The notes under the pieces: generated by a model
The model's database searches: none
What the model saw: the letters and a program-made list of their open reading frames with translations, nothing else
Told to the model about the DNA's origin: nothing
Made by a program: the position numbers and the translations under genes
Shown here: piece after piece, positions 12,209 through 25,752 of the stretch
Numbering within the stretch: the first letter of the stretch is position 1
Layout: each line of letters starts with the position of its first letter
Assembly: GCF_036321535.1 (NCBI RefSeq)
Contig: NC_087436.1
Coordinates: 51,152,001-51,216,000 of the forward strand
DNA from: Camelus dromedarius
Lineage: Eukaryota
Reading direction: 5' to 3'
DNA length: 64,000 nt

Positions 12209-12427
12209 ATGGCCCCGGGCCGGGCGGTGGCTGGGCTCCTACTGCTGGCGGCTGCCGGCCTCGGAGAGGCGGCGGCGGGGCCCGGGCTCGCCTTCAGCGA
12301 GGATGTGCTGAGGGTGTTCGGCGCGAACCGGAGCCTGTCGGCGGCGCAGCTCGGGCGCCTGTTGGAGCAGCTGGGAGCCGCCCACGCGGAGGGCGCCCCG
12401 GAGCCCGGGCAGCTGCACTTCAACCAG
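12209..12427 (+). CDS. SLC39A8: ZIP8 first coding exon, coding part (aa 1-73: signal peptide and extracellular domain)
   Basis: ATG in strong context (gccaggATGG). Translates [73 protein letters not shown], matching the ZIP8 N-terminus. Ends at CAG|GTAAGG; 219 nt, phase 0. Confidence 0.97.
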
Positions 12428-12844
12428 GTAAGGCTCGGGCAGGCCGCCCTTCCCCGCGGGGTGTCCGGAGACGTCCATTTGCACACGAACGCTGTTTATT
12501 GGGGGAGAAGTGCAGGAGGAAGAATTTCGTTACGTTTTTCAAGTGTGAGGCGGAAGCTGATTGGTGGTCCTTGCTTTTCACTAGACCCGGCTTTCTAGTC
12601 AGGCAGGGTTCAAGGGCTGGCGGTGTTGAGGGAGCCAGAAATCGCAGATTTATGCTTGATGAGCTGAGCGGCCAGACGCTAGTGATTATAACATTTTACA
12701 GAAAAGTTTACGAAGTAGTTGAGGGCGGGAAGCACTTTAAGAGATGCATTTTAGGTAAGAATGGTGTACTGAAGTTTTCTCAGCAGACAGAGGCTCACAT
12801 GCCACCCTCGTTAACAGTTACTCGGTGCCAACGAGATATACTGT

Positions 12845-12846
<2 letters not shown>

Positions 12847-12876
<30 letters not shown>
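12847..12876. repeat. poly(T) run of ~30 nt
   Basis: Read directly. Confidence 0.95.
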
Positions 12877-15800
12877 CTGGTGTACGTTACAGAAGGCATT
12901 TAGGCTGAAGGGCCTATTTACAGAGATAGAGAGACTAAGGGAACCTTGAGGCCAATGTCACACATCCTGTTGGTGGCCGAACTGCGTTTAGAGCCATAGT
13001 TTTCAGTCATCTGTCACGTCAAGGGTTTGATTTTAATATTCACTCAAAATTAAAAAAAATCTATCTCAGTACATGTAAACAGAATTATCTAGGCATTTGG
13101 TAATTCCTAGGATTTAAGGACCGCTGTGAGTTACCTAGGAGCAATTAAGATCTTATCTGTCAATAAACTCCAAAAATGATCATATTATAGATTCCCTAGT
13201 TACTTCTGTAATGAACATTCTGTGGTAGTTCTTTGTGAAGTAGGCAAAATGTGCTTTCAGCATCCTTCCCAGAACTCCTCCCTACTTTTAAAAACTCAGT
13301 GCTTTGATTTTTTTTTTTCTTCTGCTTTTGTGCCGTTGACAACTGATGATGAATGGCAGTATGCAGTATTTTCCCTATTGTTTAGTCACTTCTGGGCAAT
13401 GTTAGTTTGTGCTACAAAAAGTTTTCGTGGTCCAGGATGCTTGGGAAATGCTGAATATTATACTCCATTGTTGGAAATGAAGCATTTCCCAGTGTATCTG
13501 ACCTTACATTACAGTTAGGGAAACTTTAACCAGATACATTCTTTGCTAATAACATTATAGTTTGGCATTCTTTGTGTTAGAAATATCTATCTCAATTAAA
13601 ACATACAGTATTCAAGAAGTATAAGTTTCTGATGGCATGGAATATGGCTCTAGAAGGGCCATGTGGTCCTCTTAGGCATGTTCTTTAGTTAACTAACTAT
13701 AGATCCAGTTCTGACTGACATTACAGTTGGTTTAATGTCTAGGAAATGATATGCTGGAAAAACTGTACTGACGCCATAATATATTGATACTTTAGAAAAT
13801 AAAATAAAAGAAACAACTTCCTAAGCAGTTTCTGTCTAGTTGCAGTCCCTTCAACTGAGGGGAAACAGCTACGCTGACGAAAGCCTTTCTAGGCAGGGGC
13901 AGTCTACGCTTGGAAAGAAGCTTGGGGACTTGACTTGCAGCTGCATATCTGTAGCCCACATATTGTCTTGACTTAAATTATCTCCTTATCTTGCACTGTT
14001 GATGAATTATAAGGGGACAAAAGACTTCTGAGCCACACCTTGGCAGAGACACTGGAAAATACACCTAAATTATTTAGGAAAATTGGTTGTTTATTAGCAA
14101 TGTGATTCCCAGTTTATGAGTAAGTAGGATACCTCAGTAGGTAAATTATATGTTTGTCTCTCATTCTTATGTTTTTATATTTAACTACCTTTATTATGGC
14201 CTCTGTGGGCATCAAAAAGGATGGGAAGAAGTCCATAATTACTTTGGAAACAAAGGGAAGCCAAGGAAAATTTATCACTTAATCAGACTTAGCAAACGTT
14301 TGATGTTTTAAAACGTCGTGATTAAAACAACAATTGTCGGTTAAATGATGTCAAATGAAATGCTACTCCAGAAGAATCTATTAATTTGCTAGCATTTATA
14401 TCTGCTCCAGCAGGAAACCATCCAGTCTGGAGTAAAATTTAGGGCCATTAATATCTCCATATCTTAAAGAATACAACTTCAGTTTCCTCACCTACAACAA
14501 AATAGAGTAATAATATATATGATTTTCTAACTTTGAAAACATTTGAAAAAATAGAACTTACTTCTCTGGGCCATTTATTGAATCTCCCATGAGGTCTATT
14601 TACAAATAACATTATTCCTTTGCGTGAAGGCTGAGGTCAGCTTTTCCCAGGTGATAAGACTATGGTACTACAAAATTTAGATAATTTTGGAAGGTTTCCT
14701 AATATTTTTTCAGTGTGCCTAAGTACTAGTAAGTTAACTTGTTGCTTTGAGAGAGCAAGGTGATCTGAGTTCAAACTGGAGACAGCAGAATAATTGAGTT
14801 TATTGTTCTGCTTCTTATGGTTTCTGAGGGTACAAAGCGCAGGTAGAAGAGGCAGCCTGGAGAAGCGGGAGGAGGGAGCTCTTTTAGCCAAGTGGGCCTC
14901 TGGGGCCCGAGACTGGGTGTAAGTCTGGTCTATTGCAGGGCGTTTCCAGAGTACAAAAGAAAGCCCCCCTGAGCGGAGAGCCTGGGCGACTAACTTAGGG
15001 GATTTAAGAAAGGGCTCAGTGCCACCCTTAGTTTGTTCATATGCTCCTTTATCATTCTCCAGGTGTTTTTTTTCTTCTCTCTTTATTTCCTCTTCAAAAC
15101 ACCTTATCTCCAAGTTCTTCCGTGTAGACCCATATATTAAACAGCTTGATAACAAGGAAGATCCTCATTCTCCAAGCTATCACATTAAGCTGCGGGAAAT
15201 GCCCCCATTCAGATAAATTGGTCTCCCGGAGAGGGTTAGTGGGGGTGCTGGAGATGTGGGTGCGGGTGTGGTAGGTTGGCACAGGAGGCAACCTTTGTTT
15301 CTCACCGTCACCCAACCTGTTGTTCTTTTAATAGGTATCTTGCAGCACATCTCCTATATCTTTTTTTTTTTTCTTTCACATTTCTATCACCTGGTTGCCT
15401 GAACCTTGTTTTTAAGTCTCTTTCAGTTTGTTTTCAGTTTTCCTAAAGGAGTCCTTGGAGAATGCCTCTCTTCTTTCAGACCTCCCCCAGACCTCCTCCT
15501 CCTTTAGAATTGTCTTTTGGCTGGTGAAGTCTAAATCTGGGGCCTGGCATTCAGGCCCTGCATCTCAGGGTTGATCCTGGGATGTCAACCTACCTGTCCA
15601 GACCTCGCACTTGTCAAACAGTACTATTCACTCTTCTCTGAATTCACCTTATACTTCTACTCAACCACTTGTTACCTCATTATGTTTCTTGCACCCTTCC
15701 TGTTTCCAACTGGACTGTCCCACTTTTCCTGGAAGCCCCCTATCAAAATCTTAAATTTTTAAAAGCCCAGCTAAACTCCTCCATAAAACCTTTCTGGGGC

Positions 15801-17504
15801 ATCACCACCAGCACTGATTTGCTGATTTCTCTTTTTTTTGAATTCCTGAAACTTTTTTTTATTATGCTAATCACACTTAGCTCTTCACTTCAACAAATAT
15901 TTCAAATAACGACTATACTTTAATTAGAGTGGCCAGTTTTTATTAAAACAATTAAATGCCTTCAAGATAAACTTCAAACAGTTTAATGTGGCTTAAGCCT
16001 TTTATTGATCTGGTTCCTGTATATTTCTCAAGCCTTATCCTTCGCTCCTACTCCAGTCCTAATGGACCACCTGTTGTTCCTGGTTCTCCATATGCACCTG
16101 CTTGCACTTCAGGTATCAGTTTAGACATTACCTCTTCTGAGAATCCTTTCTTAGTCTGCTCAAGGATTTAGTAGGAGCCCCTTCTGTGTGATCCTAGATT
16201 AATTGGTGCCTGTGCAATCACGACATATTACATATTGCAATTATATTATAATATGTAATTTTATATGTATTACAATTTTCTGTTTATATGGCCCCCAACC
16301 CCCTTACACACTTTTAAACGAATTGAAGGGAATGGTCTGATGCATCTCTCTAGGGGCTACTATAGTGCCTGGTACATAACATGTATTTATTATATATTTT
16401 TCAAATGAGTGAGTGTGAATTGTTTAATCTGAGTAAGGTGATTTGTCCCTCACATGACTTTACAGTTTATAGGTGGACGTATAACATATGTACATGTAAC
16501 TATAATGTGCAGTAGAATGATATATCTGATTAAGGAATTTCAAACAAAAGTGGAAAGGGATCAGATTTGTGTTTTAGAAAATTCATCTGCGTGAGAGTGT
16601 GAAATGTGTCAGAGTGGGTCGAGACTGGAGCTAAGGAGGAAACTGCAGTGGTTTGTTTGAGATGTAATGATTGCTTGAATCTGGACTTGAGAGGTAGCAT
16701 AAAGGCTCTGCCTTCTTCTGGAAGAGCAGGCATGACTGAAGAGTAGGCACAAAAGCCCCACAAAAGATATTTTCTGCTTCACTCTTTTGCTTGTGGTAGT
16801 TATTTAGCTATTGTTAGATTTTTCCTTTCATTCGTTTCTGGTCCAGTGAGAGGCGGTAACTCTTGGCTTATTTCAATGGAGGGCCAGGCTAGTGGTCTCG
16901 AGCAAAGAGCGTGTGTGTGTGTGTGTGTGTGGTCATTACATACATGTATGCATAGCTTGTTGTCCATTGTACTTTCTTCCTGGGATGGGGGTAATAGTGG
17001 ATTAGATGATGGAGGTTTTTGGAAGCACTGACCATGGACAGAGGAGAGAAAGAGCATCTTCTCTCTCTCTCTGTTTTTGTTTGTTTTTTTGTTTTGGTTT
17101 TTTGCCTTTATGTTCTGAGAAATGGTGGGGTAAATCTTCCAGCCTCCTTGTTCAGGTGAGGAACTGTTTGGAAGGGCAGGACTGAAGGGCTAGGTTGTGC
17201 TGTGGTCCCTGGTGGCTTTTCCTTCAAGACAGTAGACCTATTCTGATCCATTACATCACTCTCATTTAAGTTGACCGTGTACAGTGTGTCATTGTTTCCA
17301 AGAGGTTTTGGGAAAATGAGAGACACTCACAATTCATTTGACTATGATGTCAAGAGCTTAGTTTGCTTCCATGCCAGGGATGATTGGGATCCACATGAGA
17401 ACAGACCCGTCATTTTTTCTATCTTGAATTCCCAAACTTGCATCTTTAGCCATTCCAAGGAATCACTTGAGCTCTTTTGTGCATGACAAAAATAATTATA
17501 TCTA

Positions 17505-17735
17505 TTTCTGTTTTGTGAATAAGTTCATGTGTGTCCTATTTTTTTAGAGTCCACATATAAGTGATATTATATAGAACAAGAAACTATATTCAATACCTTG
17601 TAATAACCTATAATGAAAAAGAATGTGAAAACAAATATATGTAGGCATATGTATGACTGAACTACTACACTGTACACCAGAAATTGACAAAACATTGTAA
17701 ACTGACCATACTTCAATAAAAAATTTTAAAAATTA
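17505..17735 (+). mobile_element. 5'-inverted L1 fragment
   Basis: Antisense L1 piece (~17505-17572) fused to a sense 3'UTR and A tail; 17-bp TSD with one mismatch. Confidence 0.8.
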
Positions 17736-18780
17736 AAAAATTATTATATCTAGGATTTATTGGTCTTTTACTATGTCACATAACTCTCAACCAATTTATT
17801 TGTATTATCACATTTCAAAATCATAACAATCCTATGATAAAGATACCATTATTAATTTTACACAAGAGAAAAATATGGTGCCAAAAGATTAAGGAACTAG
17901 ACCAAAATCATGCAATAAGTGGTCAAACCTCAGGCAATCCTAAACACTGTGCTGTAGTGGACTTTTTGAATTAAAGTTTAGAAAGTCATACTGTCTCTAG
18001 GCAAGGCAACTGTTACTGCAGATTTGGAACTATGGGTAGAAGTTACTAATCATCAGTCAATCACTTGTCTGGCTCCATTGCTTAGTTATGTTAAGGGAAC
18101 AGTGCTAAGACTACAGAAGGCACAGTGATGATGACAGGTCCTTGTCCTCAGAGAGCTTATAATCGAATTAAGAAATAAGATGGAAACTTGTGAAAAGTGT
18201 GCAAGGCAAAACTGCAGCAGTTAAGTAATGACTGAAACAAATCTTATAAGACATATCATAAAGCTGAGGGCGATTAACTGCCAGATAAATACAGTGACAG
18301 CACGTGTTACTGGTTAGAAGGCTAAGCAAGCCTTTTGGGAAACACCTCGTGGAGGAGTTACCAATCAGTCAAGTCTCCTTTTGAGAATTTTGCTTATTTG
18401 GTTTAGTTTGTAAAAGACTTCTTGGCTGAACATCTACTTGTGCCAAAAGTGTCTGTGCTATTGATTACAAGTTGGGTTTTCCTGTAGGTTACATGAATTC
18501 CCTTTTATAGACTGAAGTTTTCTTTTAATTTTTCTTATGTACTGAATTTTTCTCAGAGAAAATATTTCAGCAACAATAGTTTTCCGATTCTGAGTTTCAG
18601 AAGTTTTCCTGGAGAAAGGCATATTAATCAAATTGTTCTTTTTCCTATGGACAGACTTCAGATATGGGAGAAATACCCATGTCTAGTATTCAAAGTTTCA
18701 ATCCTGTTCTCCTTTTTACTCTAAAAGGATTCTGCCAATGAATTCACTCTCTTCTGGCAGACTAGAGTGTAAGTCCTCCT

Positions 18781-18811
<31 letters not shown>

Positions 18812-18861
18812 GTGTTCTTTCTGGTAGATTTTTTTTTACATGTTAATTAGCTATTGTCTTT

Positions 18862-19040
18862 CTTTTTTATTGAAGTATAGTTGATGTACAATATTATAAA
18901 AGTTACAGGTGTACAATATAGTGATTTGCAGTTTTTAAAGGTTTATAGTTATTATAAAATATTGGCTCTCTTCCCTGTGTTGTATAGTATATTCTTGTAG
19001 CTTATTTTATACATAATCATTTGTACCTCTTAATCCTGGA
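18862..19040 (-). mobile_element. Older L1 3' end
   Basis: tttttattgaagtatagttgatgtacaatatt...ttccctgtgttgtatagtatattcttgtagcttatttt. Confidence 0.75.
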
Positions 19041-19551
19041 AGTCCTCCCTTTTCATGCCTGTGAAGCAACTGCACTGCTGACAGCACAAGCCTGGAGAAG
19101 GAGGTTTGTGCATAGGCACTGGGGAATGAGCTGAAGCAGTGAGCAGGGAGAATAGGTGGGCAGAGCACGGTAACAGGGGTGCTCTTCTCTGACAGAATAA
19201 CTAACTCTGAGTAAGTCATTGCTGCTAGGGGGTAATTTGAGCTCTCTCCCCAGGTACCAGGAGAAGAAGAGGCAAACTTTTCCCCTTAACTGAGATAGAT
19301 GTTTATTTCTCTCTAGGGATGTTCAAAGTCGAGTAGCTGAGTGGGAGATTGGCAGTTTCTGTGCTTTCCCGGCTTCACACCGTATTTCTGTTTCCTGACG
19401 GTGCCCACTTTGGGAGATGCTGACGGGAAGGAACTTCATTTCCCCATCATAAAAAATCCTATTGCTTTTCAGCTACAACTGTAGTTTAAGGTTTTTTTTC
19501 CTTTAAATTTAGTATACATTTAGGATATGTATTCAGGATTCTGTATACTTC

Positions 19552-19740
19552 TGTATATACTATATATGAAATTGATAACAAGGTTCTACTGTATAGTGCA
19601 GGGAACTAAATTTAATACCTTGTAATGACCTATAATGGAAATGAATATGAAAAGGAATCTAGATATATTATAACTGAATCATTATGCTCTACACCAGAAA
19701 CTAACAAATTGTAAGTCAACTATCTTTCAGTCGAAAAAAC
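19552..19740 (+). mobile_element. L1 3'UTR fragment
   Basis: aacaaggttctactgtatagtgcagggaact...acaccagaaactaac; homologous to other copies. Confidence 0.8.
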
Positions 19741-20589
19741 TTAAGATACATTTGAATCCTCTGTGTTACCCATTTCTTCTGGCAGTAGTAGGGGTCAGAA
19801 GAGAAAAACAGGAATGTAAATAGGCAAGGAAAGTAAGCCTGAAAGATTGAGAAAGATTGACATTCCTCAGGGAAAAGAAAAGCAACCCCGTAGTGAGGGC
19901 AGCTTAACGTGTTTGGTAATAAAAGTTTGCCAGTTACTTGGATTCAGAGTGGCATTTCCTCAAGGGACTGTACATATTACTAAGTGCACACAGTTGACAT
20001 TAGGATCATTTAAAGAATGTTGCTAAGCTCTCGACAACCTAAGAAACTGTTTTCTAGTTTTCTGAGGGTGTTCCCATTTCCAGCTCCAGGTATCAGTAGA
20101 TTCCTGATCGTAATTGAAACAAGTCAATTTATTCTCAAACTACTCCCAGGTGTCTGTTTCAGGAGACCAATGAGTTTGCTGAGTCTTGAGATGTATTTTG
20201 TAAAGAAATGAAACTATCATTGAATTACCCTTGTGATAATGGGTTTTGGGAACATAGAGAGTCTTCAGAAGGAGCCTTGTTTAATTTGGTTTCCGTCTCC
20301 TTCCAAAGCTCCTCCGTTGTTTCCCTTGGCCTGAAGTTTAAGGAGAACAAAGACAAAAACCTGTGAATCTAGATCAAAGGTGTTAACCTGAAAAGTAGTA
20401 TTATGCCTTCCAAGTCCAAATATTTTTAATACCTTGACCTTTTAAAAATAACTTAATACTTAGAGAAAACATCCAAGTGAGCATTGATAAGGCCTCTAAG
20501 GCTCTGGTTCTATGAACCTAGTTCAAAAATAATATAGTTGTCAGTGATGTGTTCAGTAGGCTTCTGAGGTCTCTAAGAAAACACAACGT

Positions 20590-20980
20590 AATGGGTAGCA
20601 GTTTGGCCTCAGAGTCAAACAGACCTGGGCTGAAATTCTAAGTCTGTCCCATACTAGCTGGGCAATCACAGGCAGGTGGCTTGAACCATCCTTAATCCTT
20701 AGTTTTCACATCTGTGAACTGAAAAAAATGAACCTTACTCATAGGATAGTTGTGAACTAAAAACAGCATGAACAATAACTGTTACTGAGCATCCCCTGTG
20801 TTTCAGGCACTTACATATTTAGTGCGTTATATATAGTAACTCAAACAAGTAAGGAATTTTTACCCATTATCTGTATTACTTCATGTAGTAAGTGAAAAAT
20901 AAGACAATGCATGTAAAATACTTAGCTTCATATCTGGCTCAAACTACATGCTCAATGAATAGTTACTATCGTCATTATGA
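20590..20980 (+). mobile_element. MIR SINE relic(s)
   Basis: agagtcaaacagacctgggctgaaattct...cttagttttcacatctgtgaa...aatgcatgtaaaatacttagc. Confidence 0.65.
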
Positions 20981-21715
20981 TACTGTGTTGGTTGTTAGGG
21001 CTTAACAATAGCTTAACTATCCTCAGCAAAACTCTCTCTCACTGGAGGCTTGAGCACCTTAGAGTCAGTTACCTTAGAGGAAAGTGCTGCTATAAAAAGA
21101 CAGCAAGGATTAATGAAGTAAAAATTCAGCGAGAAATACGTCAGTCCAGTGACTTTGGTTTCAATGCTAGTTTCCATGGTGACTCACATCCTGAGAAAAG
21201 CTTTTACTAATTGCCTCTACTTCCCTTTTATCAAGCAGTAGTCATAAATTCCTGAAAATGTAAACCTTTGGTGCAGAGACTAATGAAATAATCTGAGTGT
21301 TTCAGTATGCACTGGGATGATGAACGTTCCCTCTTCTCTGGAAAACGTCTGAGGCTGTACTTAGGGGTTGGCTCTGTTTTCATTGTTTTTGTCCAAAGTT
21401 TACATCAATACCAAAATGTGAATGGTTGAAAGTCCATATTATACTTATAGAAATGGGTGTAATTGTGGTTTTAAATTTAGATTTACCTCAGGAACTCTGT
21501 GTGGGTTTTACAAGCCCAAAGAATCTGGGGCCCCCACGTTCAGCCGACCTTGGGTAGCAGGCAGGTAAGAGAACAGGGGCCACTTTGTTCTCACTGTGGG
21601 AGTGAGGGATGTGTCTCTTCAGGGACAGGGGAGGAGAAGTCAGCCCGAACTTCAGATGAGAGGGAATGGTAAAGTGAGTGTACCGACTCTGAGGTAGGTA
21701 ACACACCCTGCTTTT

Positions 21716-21750
<35 letters not shown>

Positions 21751-21846
21751 ATACATACACACACACACACATATAGAATGTATATGTGTGTGTGTGTGTG
21801 TGTGTGTTTATACATACACACACACACATATATAGAATGTATATAC
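21716..21846. repeat. Duplicated (TG)n-(CA)n compound microsatellite
   Basis: Two ~60-bp units, each tatat(GT)n atacata(CA)n tatagaatg. Confidence 0.95.
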
Positions 21847-22547
21847 TAGAAAACACAAATCCTTTTGTTAAGGGATGCAAGCTGTTGAGGACTCCAGGTA
21901 CTTGAGTTTGTATGTGAAATCACAATGCTTTACAGTTTTCTTTAGGAGCAGGGTTCTCAGTATGTTCTTTGGTTACTTTACCTACACGTATTAATGAGAA
22001 AGTCTAGACACTGGCTCCGTCCCTAATCTTGGGATGCATGCCATTTAAGTAAATGTTCAGGTAGAGCCTTCACTCTAGCAGAGAAGCAGGTCCCATCCTA
22101 ATGGGAGTGATAGTTAACGTTTACGGAGTACTTATCATGTGCCAGGCGTTGTGCTCAGTACCTTCTTATATACCGTCCCGTGCATTCTCTTAATTTCCTT
22201 GGCTAAGTGCTCTAGGCATGCATGAGGAAACTTGGGCTCAGCTAGGTCGAACACCTCACTCGGAGTCAGAGCTCAGAAGTGGCAGGGTGAGGGCTCCCCT
22301 CCAGGGTGACTAGATTTCAACACCTCACCCTCTCTACTGTTGCTCTTCATGCCGAAGAATGTCATCCCATGGAGGGCCTGGTGTATTTTCCAGAAAGCCG
22401 AGTGCCTCCTATATCATCCAGGTGCCTGGATGTCAGAGTAAAACTGATGCCAGTTTCCTGAAGCCACTGGGAACCGTACAATCATTTGAAGCAGGAGGGT
22501 GCTCTCTGCTGAGATTCCTCTTGTTTCAGTAAAACAAGGAAAAAAGA

Positions 22548-22590
22548 CTATTATTATTACTATTATTACTACTACTACTACTACTACTAC

Positions 22591-22650
<60 letters not shown>
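22548..22650. repeat. Compound trinucleotide microsatellite (TAT)n/(TAC)n
   Basis: Read directly. Confidence 0.97.
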
Positions 22651-22651
<1 letters not shown>

Positions 22652-23059
22652 TTCCCTGCTGCAGCTATCTCTTCAGTAGTCAGGTCTGGCTCTAAAGCAT
22701 GATAGTCCCACATTATTTTTCAACCTTATGAAGCTATTACCTGATCACTGATACCTGATGCTGAAAACAGCATTATGAGAGACTTAGGATGTATCAGTTT
22801 CCCCAGAAACTGAGGCACAACGAAGTCACTTGGCAGAAGTCACCAAGTACCCAGTCTTGTCTGAGAGAACAGCTGTTCCGGTTTTGAGTCCCCAGCTCTT
22901 CCCCACCGTGGTGGCTTTAGGCAGGTGCTGTTAGGGCAGCCCCTGTGCTCCGAATCCCCTGAGCAGCCCATGGCCTTTGTGCCGTGCTTTCTGTATATAA
23001 CTGGGCTGTGGAGACGTATGAATCCGATTCCATTTTCTCACCTTCCGGACACTCCTCAA

Positions 23060-23695
23060 CACCTTGTGGTTCGGTTCTGTCCCCACTGCTTCCTTGAGAT
23101 TGCTCTCCAGGACGTCACCCAGAACCTTCTCATTGCTAAATACAGTGGGCACTTCTCAGGCCATAGCTCTCTGTTAATTTTGACACATCCTACTTGAAAC
23201 ACACCCCCTCCTTGCCTGCAACTGTGCCTGTCTTGGTTTTCTAACACCTCTGCCTGATTATTTTCAATTTCAACGTCCTGTTCATCCTTTAAATATCAGT
23301 GGTCCTCGGGGTTCTACCCCAAGCCCTCTCCCTTCTGGTTCTGCACTCTGTCTCTGCGTAACCTCAGTCACTCCTCTGGCTGTGGTCATTATCCAACTGT
23401 AGATGCTTTCTGCATAGGTTGGCTTGGTTCAGGTTTCTCTCTTGAGGTTCAGCCATGCACATCCTGTTGCCAATTGATGTCTAACTCTCTTCCCTCCCTG
23501 ACTCAACCTGTCCCAAATGGAACTCATCAACTCCATCCATCCTTTCCTTATCAACACTTTCTGGTAATCCTGTTCTGTCAATCTAAGTGATCAGTATCAC
23601 CATCCACTTCGATGAGTAAGCTGAAAACCAGATGTTATTCTTGATTCCTCTCTCTCCCTACCTTGCATATCAAATGCCCATAAGTCCTGTCACAG
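23060..23695 (+). mobile_element. LINE-2 relic (continues ~24500-24960 after the L1)
   Basis: Pyrimidine-rich L2-like sequence; the downstream part ends tagcatagtgtctagcgtatagtaggtattcaggaaatacttgttaaatgaatgaat. Confidence 0.6.
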
Positions 23696-23699
23696 TAAC

Positions 23700-24335
23700 T
23701 TTTTCCTTTTTCTTTTTTTATTGATGTATAGTCAGTTTACAGTGTTGTGTTAATTTCTTGTATATATATGTGTATGTGCGTGTGTGTGTATATATATATT
23801 CCTTTTCGTATTCTTTTTCATTATAGGTTATTACAAAATATTGAATATAGTTCCCTGTATAGGGAACAGTAGGACCTTATCTATTTTATATGTAGTAATT
23901 AGTATCTGCAAATCCCAAACTCCCAATTCATTCCTCTGCCCTCCCCCTTCTCCCCTTGCAATCATAGGTTTGTTTTCTATGTCTGTGAGTCTGTTTCTGT
24001 TTTGTAAATAAATTCATTTGTGTGTGTGTGTGTGTGTGTTGTTTTTAGACTCCACATATAAGTGATACCATGTGGTATTTTTCTTTCTCTTTCTGGCTTA
24101 CTTCACTTAGAATGACCATCTCTAGGTCCAGCCATGTTGCTGCAAATGGCATTATTTTATTCTTTTTTATGGCTGAGTAGTATTCCATTGTGTAAATATA
24201 CCACAGCTTCTTTATCCAGTCATTTGTCAGTGGACATTTAGGTTGTTTCCATGTCTTGGCTATTGTAAATAGTGCTGCTGTGATCATTGGGGTGCATGTA
24301 TCTTTTTGAATTAGAGTTTCCTTCAGGTATGTAAG
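23700..24335 (-). mobile_element. 5'-truncated L1 with ORF2 C-terminal remnant
   Basis: ORF 24045-24287 gives AALFTIAKTWKQPKCPLTNDWIKKLWYIYTMEYYSAIKKNKIMPFAATW, the classic L1 ORF2 C-terminus. Confidence 0.93.
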
Positions 24336-25409
24336 TTTTAAATATCTCTTACTTCACCTCTCTAAATTCCAGCTTTCTCTTCTGTGTAAGGGGGATAATT
24401 TACCTACTTTGTGGGATCATTGGGAGATTAAGTTAGATACAATGTCTTGCTGCCCTGTTTGTGCCTGGCGGGCTGCTGCCCACTGCCTTCCATCTTGCCC
24501 CATTTCCCATCTTCCACATTGTTGCCAGACTTATGTCTCAAATATGCAAATCTGATCATTTCCACCATCTTCAGATGGCTTCTCATTACTGTTAGAATAA
24601 AATCTGAACTCCTTGCCTGCTACTTAAGACCTTGCAGTATCTACCCCTACCCCCAATATTTTCCCAAACTGATTTCTCCTTTTTTTTCTCCATGCCATCT
24701 TAGATGTTCTTTTCTCCAGGAAGCCTTGGGCAATCCCACTACTTTAGGGTAGGTTAGTTATCCTGTCTTCTTCACATTCCCAGATGCTACCCTAAAACTT
24801 ACCAGGCCATCCTCTAATTACCTATTTATCTGAACCCTGTAATAGTCTGTAAGATCTATTGTGAAGGACAGGGTTTATCTCAGTCACCTTCTTTATTCCT
24901 GTAACTAGCATAGTGTCTAGCGTATAGTAGGTATTCAGGAAATACTTGTTAAATGAATGAATAACTTCAAACTTTTACAATAAATTTTATAACACAAAAC
25001 AAACATAACTTTTAAATTATTTCAGTCAACCTAGATGTCCCATTTAACTCAAAGTAAACCAGCAATCCATTTATTTGTTGCAGACAAATTAATAAAACAA
25101 ATAGTAGAAAAGAGTATGATAAAACTGAACCCACATATCATATCAGTAGAAGAAAATAATAACGTTTTTTGTTCCTTCTAATTTCTGAGATTTTCAGATT
25201 TTTTCGGTCATAATTTAAAATTAGACTTTCTCCATAGCACAGAGCTATAATTTTTAGGGCGGCTTAGAAACAATGATGTCAGTATTAGTTTATTTGTAGT
25301 CTCAGAGCCCTACTGAGCTGACGTTGGGGAAGTTTTATAAAATGGGCAAAGAAACTTGTGATTAGAAAATGTGGCTCTTCAGAGTTCCTGGTAAATAACT
25401 CTCAGGTAA

Positions 25410-25752
25410 CAGTAATAAGCCTATACCATATTAATGTTTTTTAATGAAAACTAATTGTATTTACCATGACAAAAATTTAGTGAGAAGAATAGCATTGTTT
25501 TACATTTTTGCAAATCTCTAATGTCTGGCTTAGTAGAAGATAGTTGGATTCTAATATGTGCTTCTGTAGTCAATCTGTAGGAACATGTTATTTAGCCTCT
25601 GGAATATCCATTGTTCACTCAGAAAAGACTGAGAGTGAAAAAGAAAAATGAAGTTTTAGCATTATTATGAAATACTGTCGTGAACTTGCATATTGTCTGG
25701 CAGGGTCTTGGTCACCCCCAGGGATCCCTGGACCATACTTTGAGAACCACTA
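25410..25752. mobile_element. hAT-Charlie DNA transposon relic (Charlie1-like)
   Basis: aaaatttagtgagaagaatagcattgttttacatttttgcaaatctc and terminal ccatactttgagaaccact; recalled consensus. Confidence 0.65.

Larger units (their letters stand above)
11190..12700. promoter_or_regulatory. SLC39A8: CpG-island promoter of SLC39A8
   Basis: Sharp rise in GC and CpG content against AT-rich flanks. GC box GAGGCGGGG near 11336, CACGTG at 11323 and 11470, no obvious TATA box. Spans the first coding exon. Confidence 0.9.

Noticed and set aside
11675..12846. Many overlapping 120-234 aa ORFs on both strands
   Set aside because: Expected from stop-codon scarcity in a CpG island; only the ZIP8 frame and the ATG-initiated uORF are supported.
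14637..15155. 172-aa antisense ORF
   Set aside because: Non-ATG start, no recognisable domain, no splice or promoter support.
22414..22713. Poly-Ile/Val/Thr ORFs resembling membrane peptides
   Set aside because: Translations of the TAT/TAC microsatellite.
24045..24287. 80-aa protein-like ORF
   Set aside because: L1 ORF2 C-terminal remnant, not a host gene.
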